Of a DNA stretch of 64,000 nt, positions 1-14,950 are shown piece after piece. The position numbers and the translations under genes were made by a program. The notes beneath the pieces are model-generated. The model was not told the DNA's origin and did not search any database. It worked only from the letters and a program-made list of their open reading frames with translations. Source of the DNA: the human T2T-CHM13v2.0 reference genome, Homo sapiens. Where the stretch lies: NCBI RefSeq assembly GCF_009914755.1, contig NC_060930.1; one strand, given 5' to 3'. Within the stretch, counting starts at the first letter, position 1. Each line of letters begins with the position of its first letter.

Positions 1-493
1 ACGTGCAGTTAGCATGATAACTGAAGCTTCCTGAATTTGTGGTGCTTATATTCTGAGGGAGCCAGACAGGCAACAAACAAACCAACTGCCTGCCTGGGAT
101 ACTCCTTGTCAAACTTTCACAAGTCTTTGTCCCTCACTTTGCTCTGGTCTTTGCTCCAATGTCACCTTTCAGAGGTCTTCCGTGGATACTCCATCTCAAA
201 TAGCTCTTTCTCTTTATATTGCTGGATGTTTCTTCCTTGAACTTACTGCATTCAAGATGACATTTGTGTATTGCTTCATCTATATCCCCTAATAGAATGT
301 AAGCTTCATGAAGCCAGCGACTTTGAATCTCCAAGTCCTGAAGCAGCGTCTTTCACCTAGAACAGAGCTCTTCCCAAGCATGTTAAGACATAAAAATAAT
401 AGCAACTTAGCTAGGCAAATTATTCTTAGAGCAAATATTAATAATATATAAGAAGCCTCTGATACATATTAGCTTCTGTAGCTGCTTCTATCA

Positions 494-598
494 TTGTAGC
501 TACTCAGGAAACGGAGGCAAGATAATTGCTTGAGCCCAGGAGTTTAAGACCAACCTGGGCAACATAACAAGACCCTGTCTAAAAAGAAAAAAAAGAAG
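494..598 (+). mobile_element. Alu monomer fragment (FLAM-like)
   Basis: tgtagctactcagga...ttgcttgagcccaggagtttaagaccaacctgggcaacata...gaccctgtct followed by an A tail. Confidence 0.8.
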
Positions 599-871
599 AG
601 ACAATTTGAGTAAAAGTTGTTCCGCCCAAAATTAATAAATAAATAGATTACTTGAAATATAAAACTTCATTCATCATTGACATGCTAAGCCTATTTTTAA
701 GGGTATATTATATCTTGAGAAACTAGATAGTAGCAGTATGAAGCCATGACAAAGAGAAACTAATTATTTCATCTTCAGATCATTCCTTAAACTTCACACA
801 TTTGTATATGTTTCATATGTCCCACTTTATAAATAAATAAATGAACATATATTGTGGATGTGTGTTAAAAG

Positions 872-3645
872 ATTTTTTTTTTAGTTTTTAAAAAAATAGA
901 TTCAGGGGTTCCATGTGCACATATATTACATGAATATATTGCATAATTGTGAGATTTGGGCTTCTAGTGTACTCAACACTCAAATAGTGAACATTATACC
1001 CAATAGGTAATTTTTCAATCATACCCACCCTCCCATACTCTCCCAGTGTTGATTATTTTTGGAGTCCCAGTGTTGATTATTTCCATCATTATGTCCATCT
1101 GTACCCACCGTTTAGCTCTCACTTATAAGTGAAAACATGCAGTATTAAATTTTCTGAGTTATTTCACTTAGATTAACGCCCCCCAGCTCCAATCATCTTG
1201 CTGTAAAAGACATGACTTCATTCTTTTTCATGGCTGCATGGTATTCCATGGTGTATATATACCACATTTTTTTTCAATCCAGTCATCCACTGATAGGCAC
1301 TTAGGTTAATCCCATGACTTTGCTATTGCGAACAGTACTGAAATAAACATGCAAGTGCAGATGTCTTTTTTACATGACGACTTCTGTTCATTTGGGAAGG
1401 TACACAGTAACGCGATTGCTGAGTCAAACAGTAATTATATTTTTAGTTTTTTGAGAAATCTCCATACTGTTTTCCATAGAGGTTGTACTTATTTACATTT
1501 TCAAAAACAGTGAATAAGTGCTTCCCTTCAAGTCCTTCCCAACATCTGTTGTTTTTAGACTTTTTAATGATAGCTATTCTGACTGGTGTAAAATGGTATC
1601 TTATTGTGGTCTTAATTTGCATTTCTCTGATGATTGCTGATGTTGAGCATTTTTTTCTATGTGTGTTGATCATTTGTGTATCTTCTTTTGAGAAATGTCT
1701 GCTCACATCCTTTGTCCACTTTTTAATGGTATTATTTGTGCTTTTTCTTGTGCAGTTGTTTGAGTTTCTTGTAGACTCTGGATATTATTTCTTTGCCAGA
1801 TGCACAGTTTGGAAATAGTTTTTTCTCCTTCTGTAGGTTGTTTGTTTACTCTGTTGATTATTTCTTTTTGCTGTGCAGAACCTTTTAGTTTAATTAAGTC
1901 CCATTTGTCTATTTTTGTTTTTGTGCGTTTGCTTTTAAGGTCTTATATGCAAATTCTTTGCTGAGGCCAAAGTCCAGTTGAGTTTTCCCTAGGCTTTCCT
2001 AGACTTTTAAAATGACTTTTATAGTTTCAGGTCTTACATTTAAATTTTTAATTCATTTTGAGTTAGTTTTTGTATATGGTGAGAGATAGAGGCCCAGCTT
2101 CATTTTTCTGCATATGGCTGTCCAATTTTCCCAGCACCATTTATTGAACAGAGTGTCCTTTCCCCATTGTTTATTTTTGTTGACTGGGTCAAAGACCAGG
2201 TGGTTGTAGGTGTGTGGCTTTATTTCTGGGCTCTCTATCATGTTCATTAATCTATGTGTCTATTTCTGTATCAGTGTCATGCTGTTTTGCTTACTATACC
2301 CTTGTAGTATAATTTAAAGCCAATTAATGTGATGCTTCCAGCTTTCTTCTTTTTTTTGGCTATTTGGGCTCAATTTTGGTTTCCTATGAATTTTAGGATT
2401 GTTTTTCTAATTCTGTGAAAAATGACATTGGTAATTTGACAGGAATTGCATTGAATCTGTAGATTGTTTTTGGGCAGTATAAAATTTTAGTGATAATGAT
2501 TTTCCCAATTCGTGAGCCTGGGATGTTTTTTCCATTCGTTTCTTTCATCAGGGTTATGTAGTTCTCCTTGTAGAGACCTTTATGTGTATTCATAGTTGTT
2601 TTTTTTTGTAGCTATTGTAAATGTGACTGTGCTCTTGTCTTGGTTTTCAGCTTGAATGTTATTGGTGTATAGAAATGCTGATTTTAGTACATTGATTTGT
2701 CTCCTGCAACTTTACTGAAGTCGTCGATCAATTCTAAAAGTCTTTTGCCGGAGTCTTCAGGATTTTCTAGGTATCATATTATGTCATCAGAAAACAGAGA
2801 TAATTTAACTTCCTTTTTTCCAATATGGATGCTTTTTATTTATTTCTCTTCTCTAATTGCTCTGGCTAGGACTTACAGTTCTATGTTGAATAGGATTGGT
2901 AAGAGTGGGCATCCTTGTCTTGTTGTAGATCTTAGGAGGAATGCTTTCAACTTGTTTTCATTCATTATAATGTTGGCTATGGGTTTGTTATATGAGGATA
3001 TGTTTCTTCAGTGCCTGGTTTGTTGAGGGTTTTCATCAGGGAGGGATGCTGAATTATATCTAATGCTTATTCTGCATCTATTAAGATAGTCATATGGTTT
3101 TTGTTTTTCATTTTGTTTGTGTGGTGAACCATATGTATTGATTTGCATATGTTGAACTATCCTTGCATCCCTGGAATAAAACCCACTCGATCTTGATGGT
3201 GATGTATTATCTTTTTGATGTGCTGTTGGATTCGGTTTGCCAGTATTTTGTTGAGGATTTTTGCATTTTGCTCATCAGGGATATTGACCTGTAGTTTTCT
3301 TCTTTTGTTTTGTCTTCGACTGATTTTGTGTAAGAGTGATACTGGTTTCATAGAATGAGTTAGGGAGGAATCCCTCTTCCTTGACTTTTTGGAATAGTTT
3401 TAGTAAGATTGGTATCAGCTGTTCTTTGTACATCTGGTAAAATTCAGTTGTAAATCCGCCTTGTCCTGGGCTTTTTTGTTGTTGTTCGGAGTTTTTAAAT
3501 TATTGATTCAATATAATTACTTGGTATTGGTCTTTCCATAATCTATTTCTTCCTGCCTCAAACTTGGGAGGTTGTATGTTTCTAGGAATCTATTCATTTC
3601 TTTTAGGTGTTCTAGTTTGTACACATAGAGATGTTAACAGTAGTC
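872..3645 (-). mobile_element. 5'-truncated old L1 (L1PB-like), degenerate ORF2 3' part and 3' UTR
   Basis: ORF fragments 1443-1706, 2053-2247, 2393-2593 and 3157-3351 are L1 ORF2p pieces ([40 protein letters not shown]). T-rich tail near 872. Confidence 0.92.
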
Positions 3646-4739
3646 ATAGTAGTTTTAAATATAGATATTTAAAATCTGATATTTAGAAATCATTATGCTG
3701 TGGTAATAATATATATATTTAAATTATCTATGTATGCATCTAAAAATCTCAGAAATATATAATGAAGTTATCATATAGCTTGATATCACTAGATATTTAT
3801 ATTTTAAAATGTCTCTGTTAAAATTCTTGTAACCTATGTTATCATAAATTTTTCTCCTGCTGTAATTACTGTATGTGAAAAATTCAAAGCTTAAATGGAA
3901 CAGTTTCGGGAAAAAAGTAAATATTCTTTCCCAAATTGCAGGGTTTGTTTTGTGTATGTTATTGAAATCCATCTGCTTGTACTAAAGTTAAAACCAAGTA
4001 GATTTCTAGGGACACATTGCTCAGAATAAATAGCCAACCTTTGTTTGTCTGTCTGGTGATACATTGGACTTGTGCTAACGAATGTGTGTTACCAAAAATG
4101 CTCAATAATGGCTCATTCTCAGCCATGACCCAACATCAGACATCTTGTAGATGCTATTGAAATACTAGCATTGCCAAATGAAACTGATACCCAGAAACAA
4201 CAAAAAAGATTAGATTTTGTTCTACTTTATGAGACAAACCAGTCATGAAATCTGTAAAACAATACAGCTCCAGAACTGATGGAATCTGGCCAGGATTTAA
4301 TAAAAAAAAATATATACATATGGTTAGAAATGTTCCAGCTAAATTATTTGCAAATTCCTGGGTGAAAAGCAATTTCTACAGACGTTGAGATGAGCCAAGT
4401 AAGCACTAATACCAAAGAAAAATAAACCAGCCAAGGAATGTTCTTCTTACCCACCAATATTCTTAGGACCCAGTCCAACGTATTGGCTGACATTTTGGCT
4501 CACAGATAAGAAGGTTATTTAATGGTGTGAATCGAAGAGTAGATTCCCATTCAAAAGGATAACATTATTAATAATTTTATTGCATGCCATACATCTCAAT
4601 CATTGCAGGGGACAAAAAGACACAGATATTTCATTAGATGTTAGGAAGGAATTTATTAAATTAATTGCCATGTACATTTTACATTTAGTAAAATGTCGAA
4701 TAGCAAGTAAATCTTTTCAAAAGAGTAAAATATAACTCT

Positions 4740-5550
4740 CAAGGACAAAACCTAACATCAGTACTCACTATCTCCAATTTGTCTCTTCCCATTCTTTTTT
4801 GAACCTACTCCAATAAATATTTCACCTCACTATTCTGCAAGAGCTGGTGCTGTCAAGGGTCCATTGATTTATTCCCAATCCTCATCTTATTTGACTCATA
4901 AGTGACGTTTGACAGAGTTGATCCCTCCTTCCTATAGAAACACCCCCCTTTTTCCATCTTCTAGAACAACACTCTCTTCTGGCTTTCTTCCTACCCTCAG
5001 GAGCTGTCCCTCTTTGCTCTACAGTGGTGGCTCCCCTTCCTCTACCTGCACCCTGTAGTGTCCCTGGATTGTCTAGCCCATGTCTCTGTCTGCACTCATT
5101 CCTGATTATCTCATTCAGTTTCCGGGCTTTACTTGTCATCTATGTGCTGATACCTTCCAAACTTAAATTCTAGCCTCAGCCTCTTCCCTAGACTCCAGGT
5201 CCACTTATCAAACTATTTCTTGTCACCTTCATATGGATATCTACTAGCCCCTGCAAAGTTGTATTCTCCTAATAGAAATTGATTTCTACCTAGCTCCAAA
5301 CTGATGCCTCTTCCAGTTCAGTTTTCGCCATCTGTTAATGGAGACTTTCTTTTTTTCCAGTTGTTCAGTCCTGACCTCAAACACTGTTTACTGTTCTGCC
5401 TCTTTAACTCACAATCTATTTCCAATCAGTATAAATTATGTTGTCTCTACCTTCAGCATGTATCTATAATCTAATTCTTCTCACCAAATCCACTATTACA
5501 ACCTACTTCAATCTACTTCATCTCCCTCCTAGATGATACTTGTTTCATTG
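4740..5550. mobile_element. Probable L2 remnant (continues ~6045-6270)
   Basis: Typical pyrimidine-rich L2 motifs (ctagactccagg...ccacttatc, ctctaccttca...tctaattcttctcacc). Boundaries approximate. Confidence 0.6.
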
Positions 5551-5555
5551 CCCTG

Positions 5556-6045
5556 CAGTATAGGATGTAACAAGAGTGAGACCAATGTCAAAAGTCAGGT
5601 AAGCAGTACCCAGATAAGTGCATGCTTTGAGGTTGCTGAGAGCAGAAAACACATACACTAGGCTGAAGTGGTGCAGTGTTTACTCACAGCAAGAGAAAAG
5701 AGCACGCACAACCCAGCCCCTTGCAATGAGTTGGCTCTGCATGGCTAGTGGATCAATTTCCAGCTGACATGGCAGTGTGGCTGAATGCACCCTACTTCAT
5801 GCAGCAGAAAAAGGGCCCCACCCCTTGCCTTGCAGGGTGGGGAATACAGAAAGTTGGGGGCATGTGTGAGAGCCACTGGCTAACAAGTTCCAAGGAAGTT
5901 TTGCATGTGCACTCTACAGAGGGAACAGAGACATACTGGCTGTGCTGTGAGTTTGTTGCACATAATGCAATTTCTTTGCTTGCCAGCATGTTCTGCACAG
6001 AGCACAAGGTTGTTAAAAAACACACTGGAGGTGTCAGACTGTGCT
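5556..6045. mobile_element. Possible old LTR inserted into the L2
   Basis: GC-richer ~490-bp block starting TGT that interrupts L2-like sequence. Family not identified. Confidence 0.4.
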
Positions 6046-6589
6046 TGGATCCTTTCCTCACAAAATTCTTGACTTGCTCATCTCCTTGATTCTCTTCTCC
6101 AAAGAGCAGCTGAGTAGCCCGAAAACACAGTACATCGGACCACACTTCTCTGTTCAACCCTCCAGTGCCTCACTATCTCGCTCAAAATAAAAGCCACAGC
6201 TGTTACAATGGTCCGGAAAGTTCTACTTACAGTTCACTCACAGTAGCCAGGTAGGTGATTTGCCATGATTGCTCAGGCAGGGGCCACGTACCCATCCCTG
6301 TGGCTAGTTGCATGGAGTTTTTGAATTGGTAGACTAGCACAATCACAGTATGAACAGTGATCAGTTACCCAAAGGAGGGGCTGTGAGCAATGAGAAAACA
6401 AAAACTATTTGTCCACTATCACATATTTTATCAGGTGGGCAGGATGTAATGCCTATATCTATTTGACCTTTGGCAAAACCATATGAATAATAATGACCAA
6501 CATAATATCAGATTCAGTTAGGCTTTGAGATGCTTGGTTCATGGGTTCTTAGTATGGTATTAAACTGAGTATATACCTCGTAATTTGAT

Positions 6590-6912
6590 TACAGCAACAT
6601 GGAGAAGCTGGAGGCCATTATCCTGAGTTAACTAATGCAGGAACAGAAAACTGGATGCTGCATATTCTCACTTGCAAGTGGAAGCTAAACATTGAGCACA
6701 TGTGGACACAAAAGGAGAACAAGAGGCCTCAGGGGCCTTCCTGAGGGTGGAGGGTGGGAGGAGGATAAGGGTTGAAAGACTTCCTATTGGCTACTATGCC
6801 CACTACCTAAGTGACAAAATCACACCCCAAAACCGAGAAACATGCAATTTACCTATGTAATAAATAAGCACATGTGCCCCCGAACCTAAAATAAAAGTTG
6901 AAAAATAAAAAA
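6590..6912 (+). mobile_element. L1 3' end fragment (older L1PA/L1PB)
   Basis: gcaacatggagaagctggaggccattatcc...gagggtggagggtgggaggagg...gaacctaaaataaaagttg followed by an A-rich tail. Confidence 0.85.
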
Positions 6913-9394
6913 CTAAACTAAACTATTTAAGTAGTTATATACAAGTGGGCCATGCCTGGACCAATAAAATAAGTACTTCAAAAGCCAAAGATCATGAATA
7001 ATCCAAATCTGTGTACCTAAGTTTCAAATAACAAAATTAAATCTAAAAGTGTAAATAAATAGAGCCTTATTCTTAGATGCCAACTTAAAGCACATGCACT
7101 GCAGGGGTGGCTACTTGTCTGAAAGTGAGAGTAGTTTAGCCAAGTGGATAAGGCAATTGAACAGTGGGTAGGCAACTGACAAATATTTAACATGGCAGGA
7201 TATCACCAAGTGTTCCTCACTAGGGAAATTGGACCATTTGTGGACAAAAGGTGGAGCATGCTAAAACTGGGTTTCTCTTGCTATGGCTTTTGTCTTTCTC
7301 TGTCCCAGGCCTAGGTATACTCTGAGCCACCATGCCTACACTCACTGCCATCTCCCTGTGAAAGGCTGCTCAAGCGAAGACTCTACATAATGAGCCACAT
7401 GTACACCTGTGCCTGTGAACTCAATGTCTTACCTTTTGAGCTTGAATCATACACATTATTTGCAGTTGTAGAGTGAATGTCCATACCATCTTAAATTAAG
7501 TCTAAGAATATTCACAAGAATATGGGACAGCAAATTTTTCAGATATGGGTTTCTTCCTATGACAGTAAAAATCATAAAAACACATGCACACATATGACTA
7601 GATTTACATTTTGATATATATGATTGACTAGAATGTATCGCACTTCCGAAACTAGTATAGACATTAAGAGGAATCTGCAAAATGTTTAAAATTAGAAGAT
7701 CCACTCTTCTGATTCTCTATTGTTTAGTATAAATTTGCTCTATGGTAATCTTTACAATCAAGCCTTACAGCATTTTTTCTCATGTGATGATAATTTAATG
7801 GGAACATAAAATGGACACTGAACAAGAACAGAACTGTCATTACTCCTGCTACTCTTTGCTACTTGTACCACTGTAGAGAGGTCAAAACTGTTGGTAACCG
7901 AGAGACATTTAAATACCTATGAGTCTGCCAAACTCAATCCTAGTATCTGAAATTCACCAGAAATTAAACAATTCTTACTTATGTCTTTTCATTATTTGTG
8001 ATACCATTGTTTATAATAAGGAATTTCACTAACTGCCTAGAATTAGACAATTTAATGTCAAAGGCCAGATGCAAAAAACTGTGATACTGAACCATAAGAA
8101 TCAGAGCCCAAACCGGTACTCAGGAGCAAGACTAGAGTACTGGAATGCCTAATCAAGCAGAAGAACATAAAGACTATGGTCACATAAACAAGGCTTTCTT
8201 AACTGTCTGACTTCCTAGGAGGGTAGCATAGTTTACCACCCCACCCTGCTGGCTTGGCCAACACAGCTTGTTAAGACCAGATCAGCGGAAGTGTCACACC
8301 TGCCTCATGAGATTAGGAAAACAAAAACAAAAAAACACTCTTGCCTTGATGAGAAAGTGTTTTTGTTCCCCATATAAGGAAGACATGGTCTGAATTCAGG
8401 CATTGATAGTTGGTACAGATTAATATAAAAGTGGGGAAAAGGGACGTAATATTTTCATATCCTGTATGTGTGGAAAGATAAATTTGAATCTGCCATGAGG
8501 AAACTGACCACAGCAAACTGAGCCCATAGCTGTTATGAGAGAATAACCCTCTTATATGTAAGTCTGCCCTTGGATTCCTCCTCTGGCTCTTTGCTGACAA
8601 TTACTTGCTAAGTATAGCAGTAAGAGCTGTGTGACAGGAGAGTGCCTGAGATATCAGGCTACTATATAACCTTGCCCCAGTCTCATGACTGCTAAAGAGC
8701 TCTTGTTGAACTTGTCTGTTTGAAAGGAAAAAAAAGCACTATGGAACCGATATGTATACCCAGAATTCACATCAAAGCTGACACATCAGATACACATTCA
8801 AACTACTATGCTGTAGTGTGATGATAATTATTCTGACTGTTGGTATCATTGTGTTCACACTATTACCCAGAAAAATTGCACCTTGAGATTGTTGTGTTGA
8901 TTCAGATTTGAATCTATTCGTGTCTAGAGCATAAAGCGATACCAAAATAATTTCAAAATCCTTCCTCAGTAGAAGATATAATATCAAACACATCTCTAAA
9001 GCAAGATTGAACTAAGGCATAGTTTAGTTACCCTGGAAGAAAGAACTTAAGTTAAACTTGGGGTTTTTTCACTAGCAAGTTTTTGTGGAAGTTATTTAAT
9101 TTCTCAGTCTGCATTTCTGTTAATGTTAATAACAAGGACATTAGACACAAAACAATAGATTAGGTATCAGTTTCATTCTTCTAACAAGGTGTTGGAAAAG
9201 ACTGAAGGTTCTCTCTTAGGGTTTTTAGACTTTGTGAATATGATATGTTGATACTATTATTTGTGCAATACAAATGTAAAAATGTCAGTTATTAGACATA
9301 TTGTTGGAGGAAAAATTGGGGAAATATTTTGAAATCTTCATGTAGAAAAAATTGGAATGTTAGATATATTAGCAAACATAGAGATCATCTAATT

Positions 9395-9580
9395 TAGTGG
9401 TTCTCAAAGTGTAGTCCCTACAAGCAACATAGCATCACTTGGGAACCTGTTAGACATATAAATTCCTCCACCCAGCCTCAAACCCAGTGAAGCAGAAGCT
9501 CTGGGTGTGAAGTCTAGCAGTCTGTGCTTTAACAAGCCCTTCTGGTGATTGTGATGCCCACTAGAATTTGAAATCTACTG
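9395..9580. mobile_element. MER5A-like hAT-Charlie DNA transposon
   Basis: agtggttctcaaagtgt...agcatcacttgggaac...ctgtgctttaacaagccct...tttgaaatctactg, with terminal inverted similarity. Confidence 0.8.
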
Positions 9581-9728
9581 ACCAAATTCAAGGTCTTCAC
9601 TTGACAATGAGGAAACTAGCCTCAGAGGTCACCACATTCCTGATTTGGGTACTGAGATAAGATTAAAAACAAAGTCTCTTTTGTTAGTGTTATTTATTCA
9701 TTTTGCCCCTAAGCAATTCCTTAAATTA

Positions 9729-11421
<1,693 letters not shown>

Positions 11422-12631
11422 AGAACTTAGAGGTGTGACAAGCCTGCAGGGTGGAGATAGAGAGGTGGAGCCACAGCTTCAGAACCACGTGTTTCTGACT
11501 GCGGGCTTGAATCATTATCAGATAACCTTACAGACCCAGGTATTACAGTGCAACTTTAGGACACTAATAAAATAAATTTTAGGTGTATGTAATTCAGGAC
11601 TGCAAAATTACTATAGTCTTTCTATTCTCCAACATTTGTTTTTTAAGTTGCATGGAGTTTTCCTCATATTTTATGCCATTTATACTCTTTTTTATAAACA
11701 GCATAAAGTGTCATGGCTCCCAGCACCTGAAAACTAGATTTAGGAGATTTTTATAGCACATGTTGAGAAGATAGTTTTTTTAAATTGATTATTCACTATT
11801 CCAAATTTTTAAGTATTGTCTATTAAATTTTACTGATGTATTTCTTTCAATATCTTAAAACTATTTTTTTTAAATTGGAGAACTGCATTATACTAATAAC
11901 ATCCCTTTATTTTTTTTTTTGATTGGAAGCTATTTTAAAAAATTAAACTTGTCACTAGAAAAACCTGAAATAAAAATCATATTGAATACAAGTATTTCTT
12001 CATCTACACATTTTGTATTTTTAGCTCTTTAATGGATAATGTAAGACATTCACATTTTATGGTTCTGGGAAGCTTTATGAGAAGATTCTAGAAATATATA
12101 CTTGTATTTCTCTCCTGCTCAGATGCGAGAACATTTAGAACCAGGAAGGCAGAAATAAGCAAACAATTTAGTTAATGTGGTATGCAGGTAAGAGTGTGGT
12201 GTTTCAGAGTCAAATATAGCCACTAAGGATGTGTGACCTTGTACTCAACTGCTCTAGAACTTGGCTTTCTCATCTGTGGACTGCGAATATCTGCCTCACA
12301 GAGATATCATGATATATAAAAAGAAGGTATATATTGAGTCTAGAAGTTAAACTCCTCTACAGATGGCTATGATGTAATAATGTCATCAGTAAATATCCAT
12401 CTAAGTTTAGCTATTACCTTTATATATTTCTTTATTTTCTTATCAAAAGACTTTATAACTCTTGTGTTTCTAATGTGTGGATTTGTTCATGTATGTTTGT
12501 ATTTCCTGCACCCTTAACTATCCTAGCATCCTCTCTGGATTGGAGATAGTGGGATAGTTCTTATCCCTGTAATTCAGTTTATGTTCATCAATAGTTCTGA
12601 TATGGGTTTCTTTTCTTTTCTTTCTTTCTCT

Positions 12632-12783
12632 CCACTATGCTTGGCTAATTTTTTAAATTTTTTCGTAGATACAGGGTCTTGCTATGTTGGCCAGGCTAGT
12701 CTTGAACTTCTGGCCTCAAAAGATTCTCCCACCTCAGCCTCCCAAAGTGCTGAGATTACAGGCATGAGCCACTATGATCGGCC
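12632..12783 (-). mobile_element. Partial AluJ/FLAM (left monomer)
   Basis: gtagatacagggtcttgctatgttggccaggct...cctcagcctcccaaagtgctgagattacaggcatgagccac. Confidence 0.85.
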
Positions 12784-13554
12784 CTAATACAGCTTTTCAA
12801 TCTGTACCAAAAAGTAGTGTACTGTTTTTAAAGGGTAACTCCTCTTAGAATTTATAGACAGTTAGCTTATTAGATATTTCATCTAAAAATATGCAATTTC
12901 TGTCTGCAATTATGAAATGACAATAATTTACAAAAGGAACTGCTGAGTTTTAGGCATTGCCTTAACACATCAGAGCACATATCACCTTGTCAATATAGTT
13001 ACTAGAAAACTCTCAAGGCTGCTTGGGTTAATTATTTAAAGAATGTCCTTCAAAGGAAGCAGTTATGGGTTATGCCATTTGAGTTTGATGTGCTAAAGAG
13101 CCTGGCCCCTAATACTAGTGTGATTTTCAGATAATAAGAGGGTAAAGAAGGGATATGAAGTATATACTGCAAATGGGCAATAAATATTCTCCTTCTATTT
13201 AATGCATACGCTCAGATTATTTTTAAGAAAGAAAGCTTCACTAATTCATATCCAGATAGTTAACTCCAATAGAGTATTCAGTCTGAAAAATGTTTATGGG
13301 TCTATTCTAAAAATATTTTGGATTTTGTTAGTTGTCATCCCAAATCATATAAAAAGTAAGACTGCATGTGGTGACACCTAGTATTTGGTTAACAATAAAA
13401 TAAAATCAATATGCATTCATGTTCCTAAATATCTGGATAACAGATCTCATTGGCCAATAAAGAGTGGCCAGTACAAGTTTTAAAACTTTTCTTCAAGATA
13501 TTTAAAAGTTACATACCCAGCCATGGTCTGGTGTTAGTTTCATTACAATATATT

Positions 13555-13760
13555 AAATATGGATTCTGGAAATGATCTACCTTGGTTTGAATCCTGGATG
13601 CCAGTTTATTCTTTGTGTAATCTGGGCAAATCATTTACCTTCTCTAATTCTATTACCACATTTAGAAATTGAGTTCACAATAATCTTCACCTTATTTAGT
13701 TTTAGAGTACATAATTGAAATAATTCACATACCAGATTTAGCATATTCCTGGCAAAATGT
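13555..13760. mobile_element. MIR
   Basis: MIR core-like tggtttgaatcctgg...tgtgtaatctgggcaaatcatttaccttctct. Confidence 0.65.
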
Positions 13761-14776
13761 TGTGATTCTGTTTATGTTTATCAATAACAGTATTATGACT
13801 AACACAGATTAACTCATTATTTTTACTATTGCACGTTTAAATATATTTGAAAATAATGTTTAGTTATTACTAGTTAAACGAAGGAAATCAGATAAGATCT
13901 AGAGCACCTGATACATTCAATAAATTAAGCCTACAATATTGATTATATATATCCAAGGAATAATTCTACCGTTTAAACATCTAACATTATATATGTAAAG
14001 CATCTAACATTAAGATGTTAGAATGTTATAAAAAACCAATTTCAGTACTATGAAGTCTCTGGAAATAACTATTTTTTGTTTCACTTTTAGCCCATGTAAA
14101 ATGGACCTAAACGTATTTATTTACCTCACTACTGTCCATAAAAATTGAACTTTATAACTTTTTAAAATATTTTGTCTTGTAAAGATGTTATAAAGTGCTA
14201 TTACTGTATGTTAGAAAATCACCATTTATTTATAAGTCTTGCTGAAGCTCTATAGTCAAAAATACTTTCCATGAAGAAGCAAAATCATGAGTACTATTAA
14301 GGAGTTAAATTGGTGCGCTCATATAGAATCACTTAGAATTCTGAAATAATACCATTTGGAAAAGTAAAAAAAGTCTTAGCCTTTAGTATTCTACATAGTA
14401 TAAAGTGACCCACATGAATCTTTTACTAAGCCTAAGGATATATTCAGGTTACCCCAAAACAATTTTATGTCAATGATAAACATGTCTCTGTTGATGCAGA
14501 GGGATGATCTCAACTTCCCATTTCTTGACTAAGGAAGATTAACATAATCAAGATGAAGAGTCTTTCTCAAACACTTCCTCATTGTAGACATGTCTACAGT
14601 TTTATAAAAAATATGAGACAGAGGCAACTGTTTCATTTTTCCTGAGGTTAGGAGGAGTGGGAGTAGAAAAGAGATTTGCAAGCAATTATCATTTATAAAA
14701 TTTTCTTTAAGTGAGAAAAGAGCTGGAAGAGTGTTATTTAGTTCTGTCCTAAAGCCTGTAAACCATAGTCCAAATC

Positions 14777-14950
14777 AATGGCTTCCAAACTTTGCTACAC
14801 AATAAAATCACCTGAGTTTTAAAAAATCCTAATGTGCAGGTTGTACCACAGACCAATTGTAACACAATGCTCATTGTGGTAGCGAGACATGCATATTTTT
14901 TGAAGGCCCTTATTTGATTCTAACGTGCATCAAATTTGAGACTCATCAGT
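14777..14950. mobile_element. MER5A1-like DNA transposon
   Basis: caatggcttccaaactttgctacacaataaaatcacctg...gattctaacgtgcatcaaatttgaga. Confidence 0.65.

Noticed and set aside
5748-6157. Overlapping antiparallel ORFs of 113 and 121 aa
   Set aside because: They lie in LTR/L2-like repeat sequence, use non-ATG starts and show no recognisable domain.
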